Assembly (NCBI GenBank): GCA_037445065.1
Contig: JBBILD010000002.1
Coordinates: forward strand, 32,001 to 96,000
Length of the DNA: 64,000 nucleotides
Source of the DNA: Myxococcales bacterium
GTDB lineage: Bacteria > Desulfobacterota > Binatia > HRBIN30
Direction: 5' to 3'
Shown piece after piece: positions 47,728 to 59,622 of this stretch (positions within the stretch are counted from its first letter, which is position 1; each line of letters begins with the position of its first letter). Position numbers and translations under genes: made by a program. The notes under the pieces were generated by a model. It searched no databases and was not told the origin of the DNA. It worked only from the letters and a program-made list of their open reading frames with translations.

Positions 47728-48873
47728 ATGAACCCGAAGGAGCGCCTGTGCGAGGCAGCACGCGAGCTTGGTTTTAGCGCTTGCGCGGTGGCGGCAGTGC
47801 AGCGGCCACCGCACGCGGAGTTTTTCGAGCACTGGTTGGCAGCGGGGATGGCGGGGGAAATGCGATACCTGGAAAAAAGGGCCGCAGAGCGACTCGCGCT
47901 TCCTCTGCTTCTCCCGGGTGCTCGATCCGTCATTTGCCTCGCGGTGCCGTACCGACCGGTTGCCCCACCTCCGTGGAACTGGCGCGAGGAACTGCGCGGC
48001 CGCATCGCGGCCTACGCGGTGGGGAGCGACTACCACGACTGGATTCGCGCCCGCTTGGAGTTGCTGGTCCGACAAATGGAGGAGTGGGCACCGGGGATTC
48101 GCTGCCGCGTGTTCGTGGATAGTGGCCCGCTACTCGAGCGAGATTTCGCCTGGCTTGCGGGGCTCGGTTGGTTCGGGAAAAACACGAACATCCTTTCGAA
48201 GCGAGGGGGCTCGTGGTTCTTCCTGGCCGAGATTCTAACCACGTGGGAACTCGAACCTGATCGGCCGGTAGCTGCTCATTGCGGCTCGTGCTCCCGGTGC
48301 CTCACGGCTTGCCCGACCGGCGCCCTGGCAGAGGGATATTCGCTCGACGCTCGCAAGTGCATCTCTTACTGGACCATCGAGCACCGGGGCTGGATTCCAT
48401 TGCCGATGCGGCGAGCGATGGGAAACTGGGTATTTGGTTGTGACGACTGTCAGGACGTTTGTCCGTGGAACGAGAAGTGGCTCCGTACTCACCCGGATGG
48501 TCAGGTGCAAAGAGAGGAAGCGTTCCCGTTCTTGCCGCAGCTCCTTGCTCTTAGCGACGAAGAGTTCCGCTTGCGTTTTCGGCGTTCGGCTGTGTGGCGT
48601 GCCCGGAGAGAGGGACTGGCGAGAAACGCCGCTGTGGTCCTGGGCAACTCGGGAAATCCGGCTGCGATCCCTTTTTTGGCGCGAGCTCTGGCAACGGACC
48701 CGAGTCCTGTGGTTCGTGGCCATGCAGCTTGGGCCCTCGGGGAACTGCAGCACCTCGAGGCCTACGACGCGCTGCTTCTTGCCCAGCGAAGCGAGGAACA
48801 TCCGGCTGTCAGGGCAGAGATCGCAAGCGCTTTGCGCGGGGAGGCAGAGTCAAGCGCTCTCGTCGAGAAGTAA
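47728..48873 (+). CDS. queG: tRNA epoxyqueuosine reductase
   Basis: DYH, VDSGPLLER, CGSCSRCLTACPT, CISYWTIE, GCDDCQDVCPWN, C-terminal HEAT repeats. Confidence 0.95.
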   Translation: MNPKERLCEAARELGFSACAVAAVQRPPHAEFFEHWLAAGMAGEMRYLEKRAAERLALPLLLPGARSVICLAVPYRPVAPPPWNWREELRGRIAAYAVGSDYHDWIRARLELLVRQMEEWAPGIRCRVFVDSGPLLERDFAWLAGLGWFGKNTNILSKRGGSWFFLAEILTTWELEPDRPVAAHCGSCSRCLTACPTGALAEGYSLDARKCISYWTIEHRGWIPLPMRRAMGNWVFGCDDCQDVCPWNEKWLRTHPDGQVQREEAFPFLPQLLALSDEEFRLRFRRSAVWRARREGLARNAAVVLGNSGNPAAIPFLARALATDPSPVVRGHAAWALGELQHLEAYDALLLAQRSEEHPAVRAEIASALRGEAESSALVEK

Positions 48874-49953
48874 CTGGCGCAGGCGCTGTTCCACCTCGGT
48901 TCGCCGCACAGCGTCGGCCTCCACTAAGGTCACGTGCCCCAACTTCCGTGCCGGCCGGGCGGACTTGCCGTACAGGTGCACGTGGAGACCGGGCAGGGAG
49001 AGCAGTTGTTCCAGTGGCGGAAGCTTGCCGATCAGGTTGTACATTACGCTCGGCGCGACGAGCTCAGTGCTCCCGAGTGGCCAGTCCAGGATGGCACGCA
49101 GGTGGTTCTCGAACTGGCTGCAAACTGCGCCTTCGATGCTCCAGTGCCCAGAGTTGTGCACCCGCGGGGCCATCTCGTTGGCCAGCAAGGTTTCTCCGAT
49201 GACAAAAAATTCGATGGCCAGGACGCCTACGTAGTTCAATTCTTCTAAAATGGCGCGCGCGTACTGTTCCGCTTGACGCTGCAGCGTCGGGGAACCGTGG
49301 GGTGCGGGAACCTCGGAGCGCCGCAGAATACCGCCGCCATGGCGGTTCTCGACCAGGGGGTAGTAGCGGAGCTCGCCCCGCGCCGAGCGCACAGCCAGGA
49401 TCGAGAGTTCTGCATCGAAGCGGACCAGTTGCTCTGCCAAGAGCGGCTGCCCGCGGAGCCTCTCCCAGGCCGGCTGGACGTCACCCTGGGTCCACAGGGG
49501 AGCCTGCCCCTTTCCGTCATAACCCAGGCGCCGGGTCTTGAGCATGGCCGGGAAGCCGATACGGGTGAGCGCGCGTTCGAGGTCCGACAACGAGTCCACC
49601 GGCGCGAAGGGAGGCACTGGCAGGCCCATCCGGGTAAAAAATTCCTTCTCACGCAGGCGGTCCTGCCCGACCTCCAGGGCGAGTGGGTTTGGTGAGACGG
49701 TGACCCACTGCGAGAGCCGTTGGACGGCTTCGAGCGGAACGTTTTCGAACTCGTAAGTCGCTACTGTGAGATCGTGCGCAAAGGCCCGTAAAGCGTTGCT
49801 GTCGTCGAAGGCAGCCCGCACCCGCTCCCCGACCTGCTCCGCGGGGGCCTCAGGCGCTGGATCGAGGAAACGAAAGCGAAGGCCAAGGGGATACCCTGCA
49901 AGCGCGAGCATGCGTCCCAACTGGCCGGCCCCGAGGATCCCGACTCGTTCCAT
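48850..49953 (-). CDS. purK: N5-carboxyaminoimidazole ribonucleotide synthase
   Basis: GQLGRM, TYEFENVP, GYDGKGQ, NEMAPRVHNSGH, RKLGH. Confidence 0.97.
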   Translation of the reverse strand: MERVGILGAGQLGRMLALAGYPLGLRFRFLDPAPEAPAEQVGERVRAAFDDSNALRAFAHDLTVATYEFENVPLEAVQRLSQWVTVSPNPLALEVGQDRLREKEFFTRMGLPVPPFAPVDSLSDLERALTRIGFPAMLKTRRLGYDGKGQAPLWTQGDVQPAWERLRGQPLLAEQLVRFDAELSILAVRSARGELRYYPLVENRHGGGILRRSEVPAPHGSPTLQRQAEQYARAILEELNYVGVLAIEFFVIGETLLANEMAPRVHNSGHWSIEGAVCSQFENHLRAILDWPLGSTELVAPSVMYNLIGKLPPLEQLLSLPGLHVHLYGKSARPARKLGHVTLVEADAVRRTEVEQRLRQLLLDESA

Positions 49954-49982
49954 GGACAGAGAAGCCGTTCAGGCTGGTAAGC

Positions 49983-50480
49983 TCAGACACCCGGTTTCCG
50001 GGGATCAGGGTGACGGAGGACGGCGTTCGTTTGTTCTTCCCGGTAGCGCTGCAGGGGTTCGCGAAACTCGGGATGGCGGTTTGCCACAATGGCCGTGGCG
50101 AGCAGTGCCGCATTGATCGCGCCGGCTTTCCCAATGGCGAGCGTGCCTACCGGAACCCCGGCCGGCATCTGCACAATTGACAGTAAGGAGTCGAGTCCGT
50201 GCAAGGCGTGGCTTTGCACGGGCACGCCAAGAACGGGGAGCAAGGTTTTCGATGCAGTCATGCCCGGCAAATGCGCGGCTCCGCCGGCACCGGCAATGAT
50301 CACTTCCAGCCCGCGCGCCTCGGCTGAGGAAGCGTATTCGAAGAGAAGATCCGGAGTGCGGTGCGCCGAAACAACCCGCACCTCGTACGGTACGCCTAGC
50401 TCATCCAGGGTCTCCGCCGCATGAATGAGGGTATCCCAGTCTGAGCGCGACCCCATAATGATCCCGACTAGGGGTAGCAT
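49983..50480 (-). CDS. purE: N5-CAIR mutase
   Basis: [33 protein letters not shown]. Confidence 0.98.
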   Translation of the reverse strand: MLPLVGIIMGSRSDWDTLIHAAETLDELGVPYEVRVVSAHRTPDLLFEYASSAEARGLEVIIAGAGGAAHLPGMTASKTLLPVLGVPVQSHALHGLDSLLSIVQMPAGVPVGTLAIGKAGAINAALLATAIVANRHPEFREPLQRYREEQTNAVLRHPDPRKPGV

Positions 50481-50587
50481 GTTTCGCCCACCTCCTTTCG
50501 CTCGTTAGCCCGCACCTCGCGCCAGCAGCCCAAGCCAGTCCAACCCCTTGCGCCGCAATTGGCGGGAGGTTCGCTTCGCGAGTTGCG

Positions 50588-52312
50588 TTACTTGCTAAGG
50601 GCATCGCGCACGAGGCCAGTCACTTTGTCCACGGCATCGTTGATGCCGACTTCCAAAACCTCGCCCGTCGCTCGCCGCCGTACTTCCACCACGCCCCGGT
50701 CGAGCCCTTTTCCGCCGACGGTCAACCGAAACGGCAGGCCAAGGAGATCAGCGTCTTTGAATTTCACCCCAGGCCGCTCTTCTCGATCGTCGAGCAACAC
50801 TTCTACTCCGCGTCCCTCGAGTTCGTCGTGTAGTCGTTCGGCGACCCTGCGAATCCGCTCATCTTGGATTTGGATGGGCACGATACTCACGTGGGCTGGG
50901 GCGAGAGGAACCGGCCAGATAATGCCCTGATCGTCGTGATACTGCTCGATGGCGGCAGCAGCGGTGCGGGTAATGCCGATTCCGTAGCAGCCCATTTCCA
51001 TGGGCCGCTCCACGCCTTGTGCGTCGAGAAAATGGGCCTTCATGGGGGTGCTATACTTGGTCCCAAGATAGAAAATATTGCCTACCTCGATCCCCCGGTG
51101 GCTTTCGAACTGCCCTCGCTTGCAGCGAGGGCAGGGGTCACCGGCGCGCGCTAAGCGTAAGTCCGCGTACCGCACCGCTCCAAGGTCGCGCTCGGCATCG
51201 AAGTGTACAAAGTGGAAGTCTGTCTCGTTGGCACCCACCACGCCGTCGCGTACGGTGCGAACGCTGTGGTCGGCCCAGATCGGAAGATCGAGGCCGGTAG
51301 GACCGGCAAAACCGACGTCAGCACCGGTGACGCGGCGTACCGTATCCGCGTCCGCGAGTGCTACCCAGTCTACGCCCAAAGTCTGCCGCAGCTTGGCCTC
51401 GCTGATCTCGTGATCGCCGCGCACCAGCACGGCCACGTACTCGCCGCGACTGGTTTGGTAGATTAGCGTTTTCACGAATTGCTCCGCGGGTGTCGCCAGG
51501 AAGGCTGCGACTTCTTCCACCGATCGCTTCCCTGGTGTCCGCACCTTGTGCAAGGTGCCGGCAGCCACTTTGTGGGTTGGTGCTTCTCCCCTGGAGCCAA
51601 TCTCGGCCTTCTCCACGTTGGCAGCGTAATCGCACGCCGTGCAGCTCACGATCGCGTCTTCCCCAGAGTCGGCGAGGACTTGAAATTCGTGGGCCAGAGA
51701 ACCGCCGATCGCCCCGGTGTCGGATTCTACCCGTCGCGTGCTGAGCCCGCAGCGAGCGAAGATCCGCTGGTAGGTTTCGGCCATATTCTCGTACTCGCGC
51801 TGGCAATCGGCAGCGTCGACGTGAAAGGAGTACGCGTCCTTCATGATGAATTCGCGACCGCGCATCAGCCCAAACCGTGGGCGCACTTCGTCCCGAAATT
51901 TGACTTGAATCTGGTACAGGTTCAGCGGCAGTTCGCGGTAAGAGCGAAGCTCGCGGCGCACGATGTCGGTCACCACCTCTTCATGCGTGGGGCCGAAACA
52001 AAAGTCCCGATCGTAGCGATCTTTGATGCGCAGGAGTTCCTTTCCGTATTTGTCCCAGCGCCCACTCTCTTGCCACAGTTCCGCGGGGCACACGGCAGGC
52101 ATGAGGATTTCCTGCGCTCCAGCGCGGTTCATCTCCTCGCGAACGATGGCCTCGATTTTTTGGATCACCCTCAGCCCGAAGGGCAAAAAGTTGTAAATGC
52201 CACGTGCGACCTGGCGAATGAGCCCGGCGCGAACCATGAGCCGGTGGCTGGCGACCTCGGCATCCGCAGGGTCCTGGCGCAGCGTAGGGATGAGCGTTCT
52301 TCGATAGCGCAC
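50588..52312 (-). CDS. proS: Proline--tRNA ligase
   Basis: GPTHEE, FRDEVRPRFGLMRGREF, editing insertion, GCYGIG, anticodon-binding domain. Confidence 0.98.
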   Translation of the reverse strand: MRYRRTLIPTLRQDPADAEVASHRLMVRAGLIRQVARGIYNFLPFGLRVIQKIEAIVREEMNRAGAQEILMPAVCPAELWQESGRWDKYGKELLRIKDRYDRDFCFGPTHEEVVTDIVRRELRSYRELPLNLYQIQVKFRDEVRPRFGLMRGREFIMKDAYSFHVDAADCQREYENMAETYQRIFARCGLSTRRVESDTGAIGGSLAHEFQVLADSGEDAIVSCTACDYAANVEKAEIGSRGEAPTHKVAAGTLHKVRTPGKRSVEEVAAFLATPAEQFVKTLIYQTSRGEYVAVLVRGDHEISEAKLRQTLGVDWVALADADTVRRVTGADVGFAGPTGLDLPIWADHSVRTVRDGVVGANETDFHFVHFDAERDLGAVRYADLRLARAGDPCPRCKRGQFESHRGIEVGNIFYLGTKYSTPMKAHFLDAQGVERPMEMGCYGIGITRTAAAAIEQYHDDQGIIWPVPLAPAHVSIVPIQIQDERIRRVAERLHDELEGRGVEVLLDDREERPGVKFKDADLLGLPFRLTVGGKGLDRGVVEVRRRATGEVLEVGINDAVDKVTGLVRDALSK

Positions 52313-52461
52313 GGCCGTAGCTGCTTAGCTTGCCCGCCAAGAAAAAGAAACATTGCCGCGCTGGCTGCGGGGGTTAGCGTCGCACGGTGGTGAAGTTTGG
52401 GGGGGCAGCGAGTTGCATCGGGCTGCGGGTTTTCGGTAGCTCGTGAGCAGCGGTGGCGCTC

Positions 52462-53220
52462 ATGCACGTGCGAACCATTGCAGTGATCCCGGCTCGTTAC
52501 GGTTCGGAACGCCTGCCAGGCAAACCGCTGGCATCGATCGGAGGAAAGCCGTTGGTGCAGCACGTCTACGAGCGTGTTGCCAAGGTGCGCGGCCTAGCCC
52601 GCGTGTGTGTGGCCACCGACGATGAGCGAATCGAAGCGGCGGTGCGTGCGTTTGGCGGGGAGGTCGTGCGTACAAGCCCGCACCACCGCTCGGGGACTGA
52701 CCGAGTCGCGGAAGTGGCGGCTCAGGACCCGGCCGAACTGGTAGTGAATGTGCAAGGAGACATGCCGTTTATCCGCCCGCAAGTGGTCGAGTTATTGGTG
52801 GATCGGCTGGCCGCTGATCGGTCGTTGCCGATGGCCACGGTGTGCATGCCACTGGCTGATGTGCGCGCGTACGAGAACCCGCACGTGGTGAAGGTCGTGT
52901 GCGATCGGTTGGGGCGGGCGCTCTACTTTTCTCGGAGCCCGATCCCGTTTTGGCGCGGCGAAGCGGACCGGGTTCCGGCGCAAGCGCGCAAGCATGTCGG
53001 CTTGTACGCGTTTCGCCGAGAATTTCTCTTACAGTTTGCGGCACTGGCACCGACGCCGCTGGAGGAGGCCGAACGGCTGGAGCAGTTGCGCGCACTAGAA
53101 CACGGATTCTCCATCGGCGTGATCGAGGCCGAGCTGGGCGCTGGGGTGGAAGTGGACACGCCGGCGGACTTGGAAAGGGCGCGCCAGTTGTGGGAAGAAA
53201 CAGGCGCCGAGCTGCCTTAG
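52462..53220 (+). CDS. kdsB: CMP-Kdo synthetase
   Basis: IPARYGSERLPGKPL, SGTDR, NVQGD, ALYFSR, LEQLRAL. Confidence 0.97.
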   Translation: MHVRTIAVIPARYGSERLPGKPLASIGGKPLVQHVYERVAKVRGLARVCVATDDERIEAAVRAFGGEVVRTSPHHRSGTDRVAEVAAQDPAELVVNVQGDMPFIRPQVVELLVDRLAADRSLPMATVCMPLADVRAYENPHVVKVVCDRLGRALYFSRSPIPFWRGEADRVPAQARKHVGLYAFRREFLLQFAALAPTPLEEAERLEQLRALEHGFSIGVIEAELGAGVEVDTPADLERARQLWEETGAELP

Positions 53221-53293
53221 GTGGGAGTCTGCGGCACAGTGCGCCCCGGCGTTGTCGGGCGCCTGGGTGGCTCGCGCGAGGTGGCATCGCTAG

Positions 53294-54961
<1,668 letters not shown>

Positions 54962-54964
54962 CGT

Positions 54965-55822
54965 ATGAGCCGGGTCGTGCTGGCAGGTTCGGTGCCCATC
55001 GGCGGTGGGCACCCGTTGGTTTTTATCGGGGGGCCGTGCGTGATCGAAAGCGCGGATAGCTCTTTGCGCCACGCCGAGCGGCTCAAGCGGATCAGCCAAA
55101 AGACTGGCGTGCCACTCGTATTCAAGTCGTCCTTTGACAAAGCCAACCGGACTTCGCTCGACTCTTACCGCGGGCCGGGATTGGAGTGCGGACTGGAGAT
55201 CCTCGCCCGTGTCAAGGCCGAGATCGGCGTGCCGGTTTTGACGGACGTGCACGAAGTCGGGCAGGCCCGGCTTGTGGCTGAGGTAGTGGATGTGTTGCAA
55301 ACGCCTGCCTTTTTGGTGCGGCAGACGGACTTCTTGTTGGATGTGGCGCGGGCGGGCAAGCCAGTCAACGTAAAGAAGGGGCAGTTTCTCGCCCCCTGGG
55401 ACATGGGCCCCGTGTTGAAGAAGATGGAGGCGGCAGGCAACGCCCAGCTCTTAGTGACGGAGCGAGGAACCTGCTTCGGCTACAACAACTTGGTTAGCGA
55501 CTTTCGTTCCTTGGTCGTCCTGCGCGACTACGGATACCCGGTAGTGTTCGACGCCGGCCACAGCGTGCAGTTGCCCGGGGGCAAGGGTTCCGCTTCCGGT
55601 GGAGAGCGGGCGTTCATCCGGCCCCTGGCGCGTGCCGCCGCTGCCGTGGGGATTGACGCCTTGTTCCTCGAGGTCCACGAGGATCCAGACCACGCACTGA
55701 GCGACGGGCCGAATTCCTATCCCTTGGAACTGCTCGAGGGCCTCCTGTGCGAAGTACGCGACTTGGCGGAGCGGACGCGGGCGGGTTTCGCTGGGGGAGC
55801 GGCGGGAGATCGTTCGGGATGA
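54965..55822 (+). CDS. kdsA: Kdo-8-phosphate synthase
   Basis: [36 protein letters not shown]. Confidence 0.97.
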   Translation: MSRVVLAGSVPIGGGHPLVFIGGPCVIESADSSLRHAERLKRISQKTGVPLVFKSSFDKANRTSLDSYRGPGLECGLEILARVKAEIGVPVLTDVHEVGQARLVAEVVDVLQTPAFLVRQTDFLLDVARAGKPVNVKKGQFLAPWDMGPVLKKMEAAGNAQLLVTERGTCFGYNNLVSDFRSLVVLRDYGYPVVFDAGHSVQLPGGKGSASGGERAFIRPLARAAAAVGIDALFLEVHEDPDHALSDGPNSYPLELLEGLLCEVRDLAERTRAGFAGGAAGDRSG

Positions 55823-56790
55823 CCAAGACGCACGCTTTGCAAACGGGCCGGCGTGTTCTCCAGATCGAGGCCCGCGCCGTGCAGGCATTGGCAGAACGGC
55901 TGGACGAGACCTTCGCGCAGGCAGTGGATGTGCTCGCTCAGTGCCGCGGGAAAATCGTGGTCACCGGGATGGGCAAATCGGGCATTGTCTGCCGGAAGAT
56001 CGCCGCGACGTTGACCAGTACCGGCTCCCCCGCAGTGTTCTTGCACGCCGCCGAGGGCGCCCACGGGGACGCGGGCGTATTCGTGAAAGGGGACGTGGTG
56101 CTCGCTTTGTCGCAAAGTGGGGAGACCGAGGAGGTCTTGCGACTGTTGCCTATTTTCAAGCGCTTGGAACTTCCCTTGGTCGCCATGACCGGCCGGCCGG
56201 ATTCGACCCTGGGCCGGGCAGCGGAAGTGGTGCTCGACGTACACGTGGAGGAAGAGGCCTGCCCGTTAGGGCTCGCGCCGACGGCGAGCACCACGGCAGC
56301 GCTAGCGCTGGGGGATGCCTTGGCTGTGGCGCTACTAGAACGCAAGGGGTTTCGCGCCGAGGATTTTGCGGTCCTTCACCCTGCTGGCTTCCTGGGAAAG
56401 CGCTTCCTCAGGGTGGCGGATTTGATGCATCGTGGGGATGCCATTCCCCTGGTGGATCCGGACGCAGGCTTTTCCACCGTGCTGAGCGAGATCACAGGGA
56501 AGCGCTTGGGGATCACGGGTGTGATAGACGGCTCTGGCGCACTCATCGGTGTGATCACCGACGGAGATTTGCGCCGGGCGCTCGAACGGATCGAGGACAT
56601 TCGTGCAGCCCGAGCAAGGGATGTCATGACTCGGAATCCGAAAACCATTCCGGCGGACGCGCTGGCGGCGCGCGCGGTTGCGGAAATGGAGCGACACAGC
56701 ATCACCGCTTTGTTTATCCTGGATGCAGCGAGCCGGCGGCCGATCGGGATCGTCCACCTGCACGATTTACTCAAGGCCGGAGTGGTTTGA
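55819..56790 (+). CDS. kdsD: Arabinose-5-phosphate isomerase (KpsF/GutQ family)
   Basis: [25 protein letters not shown]; two CBS domains. Confidence 0.95.
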   Translation: MTKTHALQTGRRVLQIEARAVQALAERLDETFAQAVDVLAQCRGKIVVTGMGKSGIVCRKIAATLTSTGSPAVFLHAAEGAHGDAGVFVKGDVVLALSQSGETEEVLRLLPIFKRLELPLVAMTGRPDSTLGRAAEVVLDVHVEEEACPLGLAPTASTTAALALGDALAVALLERKGFRAEDFAVLHPAGFLGKRFLRVADLMHRGDAIPLVDPDAGFSTVLSEITGKRLGITGVIDGSGALIGVITDGDLRRALERIEDIRAARARDVMTRNPKTIPADALAARAVAEMERHSITALFILDAASRRPIGIVHLHDLLKAGVV

Positions 56791-56797
56791 GCGCGGG

Positions 56798-57808
56798 ATG
56801 TTGGAGGAGTCGCAGGTGCCAGGAGCGAGTCCGTGGCGGACATGGGGGATTCGGGTCAAGCGTATTCGCCGGCGGATCCAGGGCGCTACTCTGGTTGCCC
56901 TGGCACAAGGCGCGTTATGGGCCTTGAGCCGCATGAGGCTCGAAACCGCTCTCCGTTTCGGGGAAATCCTGGGCGCCATCGGCTACTTCCTTCTCCGCCA
57001 CGAGCGCAGGCTTGCGTTGCGTCACCTGGAGTTGGCGTTCGGCACGGAGCTGGGTACGCGCGCGCGCGAACAGATCGCCCGCGCGTGCTTTGTGAACAGC
57101 GCTCGGCTTTTGTGCGAGCTCGCGCAAGTCGAAGAGATTCGTAGGCGGCAAGCGGAACTCTTTACTTTGGACGGGGAGGAAAACTTGCGGGCCATTCTGG
57201 CGCGTGGGACCGGATGCATTGCTGTCACCGGCCACATCGGCAACTGGGAGCTGCTGGCGGCGTTTTTTGCGTGGCGGGGCATACGCGTTTCTGCGGTGGC
57301 GCGGCGAATTTACGTGGTTGGCCTGAACGAAATGATCGTGTCCTGGCGCCGACGGCAGGGAGTGGAGACCATCCTGCGGGAGAGTCCCGACTCAGCGCGC
57401 CGCATCCTGGCCGTGCTCAAAGAGAATGGCATCTTGGCGATGGTGGTGGATCAAGATACCCACGTTCCGTCCATTTCGGTTCCGTTTTTCGGCCGTTTGG
57501 CCCGTACCCCAGTGGCGGCAGCCGCTCTTGCAATTCGGCGGAACCTTCCCATCGTGCCGGTGTTCATTCAGCGAACAGGACCGATCGGATGGAAGGTCAT
57601 CGTCCGGCCGCCGCTCGATCCGGTTCGGGAGCAGGATCGGAAACACGCGATCCGCGAGCTGACAAGCCGGTTGAACGCCTCGATCGAACAGCAGATTCGG
57701 GCCAACCCGGCGGAATGGCCCTGGTGGCACCGCCGCTGGCGGAGACAGCCCATTCCGAAACTTGACCTAGACGCTCCCTTGGAATATGTGCGACCAAAAG
57801 TATCCTGA
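56798..57808 (+). CDS. Lipid A late acyltransferase (LpxL/HtrB family), copy 1
   Basis: GHIGNWE, VDQD, VPFFG, PAEWPWWHRRWR. Confidence 0.88.
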   Translation: MLEESQVPGASPWRTWGIRVKRIRRRIQGATLVALAQGALWALSRMRLETALRFGEILGAIGYFLLRHERRLALRHLELAFGTELGTRAREQIARACFVNSARLLCELAQVEEIRRRQAELFTLDGEENLRAILARGTGCIAVTGHIGNWELLAAFFAWRGIRVSAVARRIYVVGLNEMIVSWRRRQGVETILRESPDSARRILAVLKENGILAMVVDQDTHVPSISVPFFGRLARTPVAAAALAIRRNLPIVPVFIQRTGPIGWKVIVRPPLDPVREQDRKHAIRELTSRLNASIEQQIRANPAEWPWWHRRWRRQPIPKLDLDAPLEYVRPKVS

Positions 57809-57863
57809 GCCGCAGGGTTGCTGCCCGGTTGGCACCCACGAAAAGGAGGTGGAGGAAGCGATT

Positions 57864-58439
57864 ATGGCTGTGGACCAGCGCCTAGTTTTGCTGATGAGCT
57901 ACTACCGCGACGCGGAGTTGCGAGGGGCAAATTTGTTGTTCCGCTTGCTTTCTCACCTGGACGATCCGGACTCGCAAACCAAACTTTCCCTCCATTTGGC
58001 GGATGAAACACGCCACGCCTGGTTGTGGACGAAGCGCATCCGCGACCTGGGAGGAGACCCAGTGAAAGTGGGCGACGGCTACCAGACGCGCATTGGCCTC
58101 CGTGCTGTTCCAAGGGATTTGATCGATTTACTTGCCTTGACGGTGGTGGTCGAAGAGCGCGCGTTTCAACGGTACCAGGAGCACGCTGCGCGCGCCGACG
58201 TGGATGCAGAGACACTCGAGGTCTTGCGAGAGGTCACCAAAGACGAAAAGTGGCACATCAGTTGGGTGCGAAATAAGCTCGAGGAACTGGCGCGCGAGCG
58301 TGGTGAGGAAGACCGCATGCGCGAAGCCATTGAGCGCTTCGAGCGAATCGATCAAGAGGTGTACGCCGAGCTGCGCGCGAAGGAGCAAGCCGTTTTTGGC
58401 GAAGGAAGCGCGGGCTCACCGGGCTCGGTGGGTAGCTGA
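57864..58439 (+). CDS. Ferritin-like di-iron carboxylate protein
   Basis: E...DETRH...E...DEKWH ligand pattern; GGAGG SD. Confidence 0.85.
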   Translation: MAVDQRLVLLMSYYRDAELRGANLLFRLLSHLDDPDSQTKLSLHLADETRHAWLWTKRIRDLGGDPVKVGDGYQTRIGLRAVPRDLIDLLALTVVVEERAFQRYQEHAARADVDAETLEVLREVTKDEKWHISWVRNKLEELARERGEEDRMREAIERFERIDQEVYAELRAKEQAVFGEGSAGSPGSVGS

Positions 58440-58440
58440 T

Positions 58441-59412
58441 TTGGCGGGGTCGGCCCCCGTCGGGGATCGCAGCCACGCATCCGTCGAAAACCGTTCGGCG
58501 CGGCTGCGCGATTGGGTAGAGCTGCTTCTTTGCCTAGGGGTCATCTCCTTCCTACGGTTTCTCCCGGCTTCTTGGTCATTTCGCCTGGGTTCAGCGCTGG
58601 GTACGATAGCGTTTGCGCTTTTGCCGCAGGCACGAAAGGCGGGCTTGAAGAACTTGGCCATCGCCTTCCCAAGTTGGCCCGAATCGGAGCGACGTCGTGT
58701 TCTGCGGGAGAGTTTCCGGAATCTCGGTCGCATGGTGGCTGAACTCAGCAGGATTGACCGGGTCGGCGTCGAGGAGCTGCGTCGGCGCGTAAAGATTGCC
58801 GATCCCGAATTGTGGCAGCGACTTCTCACCGAGCGCAAAGGCCAGGGTTTGCTCGTGCTCACTGCTCACTTCGGCAACTGGGAGTTGCTGGCCTGGTTCC
58901 ACGGTCGCCTCGGTTACCCGGTGACGCTGATTCACCGGCCGCTCCGCAATCCGCTCTTGGACACATCGCTGTTACGCTGGCGCGCCAAAGCTGGAACCCG
59001 CTCGATCCCGAAGCGGCGGGCGGCGCGGGAAGCCCTGCGCGCCTTGCGCGAGGGCGCGGTGCTGGCGATTCCGGCGGACCAGAATCAGGTCTTTTCCTTC
59101 GGGGTTTTCGTTGACTTCTTTGGCTTGCCCGCCTGCACCACAACTGGTCCGGTGCGTATTGCGCAACACGCTGGTGTGCCTGTGGTACCCGTGTTTTTGC
59201 GGCGTTGCGGTGCCAGCCAACAGCACGTCCTGGAGGTGTATCCGCCCATTGCGTGGCAGCTCTCCACGGATCATGACGCAGACCTAATCGAGAACACGCG
59301 GCGTTGCTCGGCGGTGATCGAAGACATCATTCGCCAGTACCCTGAACAGTGGATCTGGTTTCATAAGCGATGGAAAACTCGACCTCCTGGCGAGCCACGG
59401 ATTTACGACTGA
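58441..59412 (+). CDS. Lipid A late acyltransferase (LpxL/HtrB family), copy 2; start uncertain
   Basis: AHFGNWE, ADQN, VDFFG, PEQWIWFHKRWK. Confidence 0.9.
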   Translation: MAGSAPVGDRSHASVENRSARLRDWVELLLCLGVISFLRFLPASWSFRLGSALGTIAFALLPQARKAGLKNLAIAFPSWPESERRRVLRESFRNLGRMVAELSRIDRVGVEELRRRVKIADPELWQRLLTERKGQGLLVLTAHFGNWELLAWFHGRLGYPVTLIHRPLRNPLLDTSLLRWRAKAGTRSIPKRRAAREALRALREGAVLAIPADQNQVFSFGVFVDFFGLPACTTTGPVRIAQHAGVPVVPVFLRRCGASQQHVLEVYPPIAWQLSTDHDADLIENTRRCSAVIEDIIRQYPEQWIWFHKRWKTRPPGEPRIYD

Positions 59413-59622
59413 GGCTCCCGAGACTCTCCAAAGCACGCGTGGAATGTGCGTGCTCACGCCTTTCTGGGATGGGGGATTGATCGGCATCGAGGGGCGGCGC
59501 GGAAGCGCCTAGCGACAGGCCACATGAGGGCATGCGTCGCTCGAGCGGGCAAGCAAAGCAACCGTACCGTGTTGCGACCTTCAGGGGACGGGGCAGCCGC
59601 TAACCCGAGTCAGGCGCGCTGA

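Noticed and set aside
6981..48873. Link between the DGQHR protein (DpdB-like) and queG as a deazaguanine DNA-modification system
   Set aside because: About 40 kb apart; queG is a tRNA housekeeping gene; no dpdA/tgt paralogue is present
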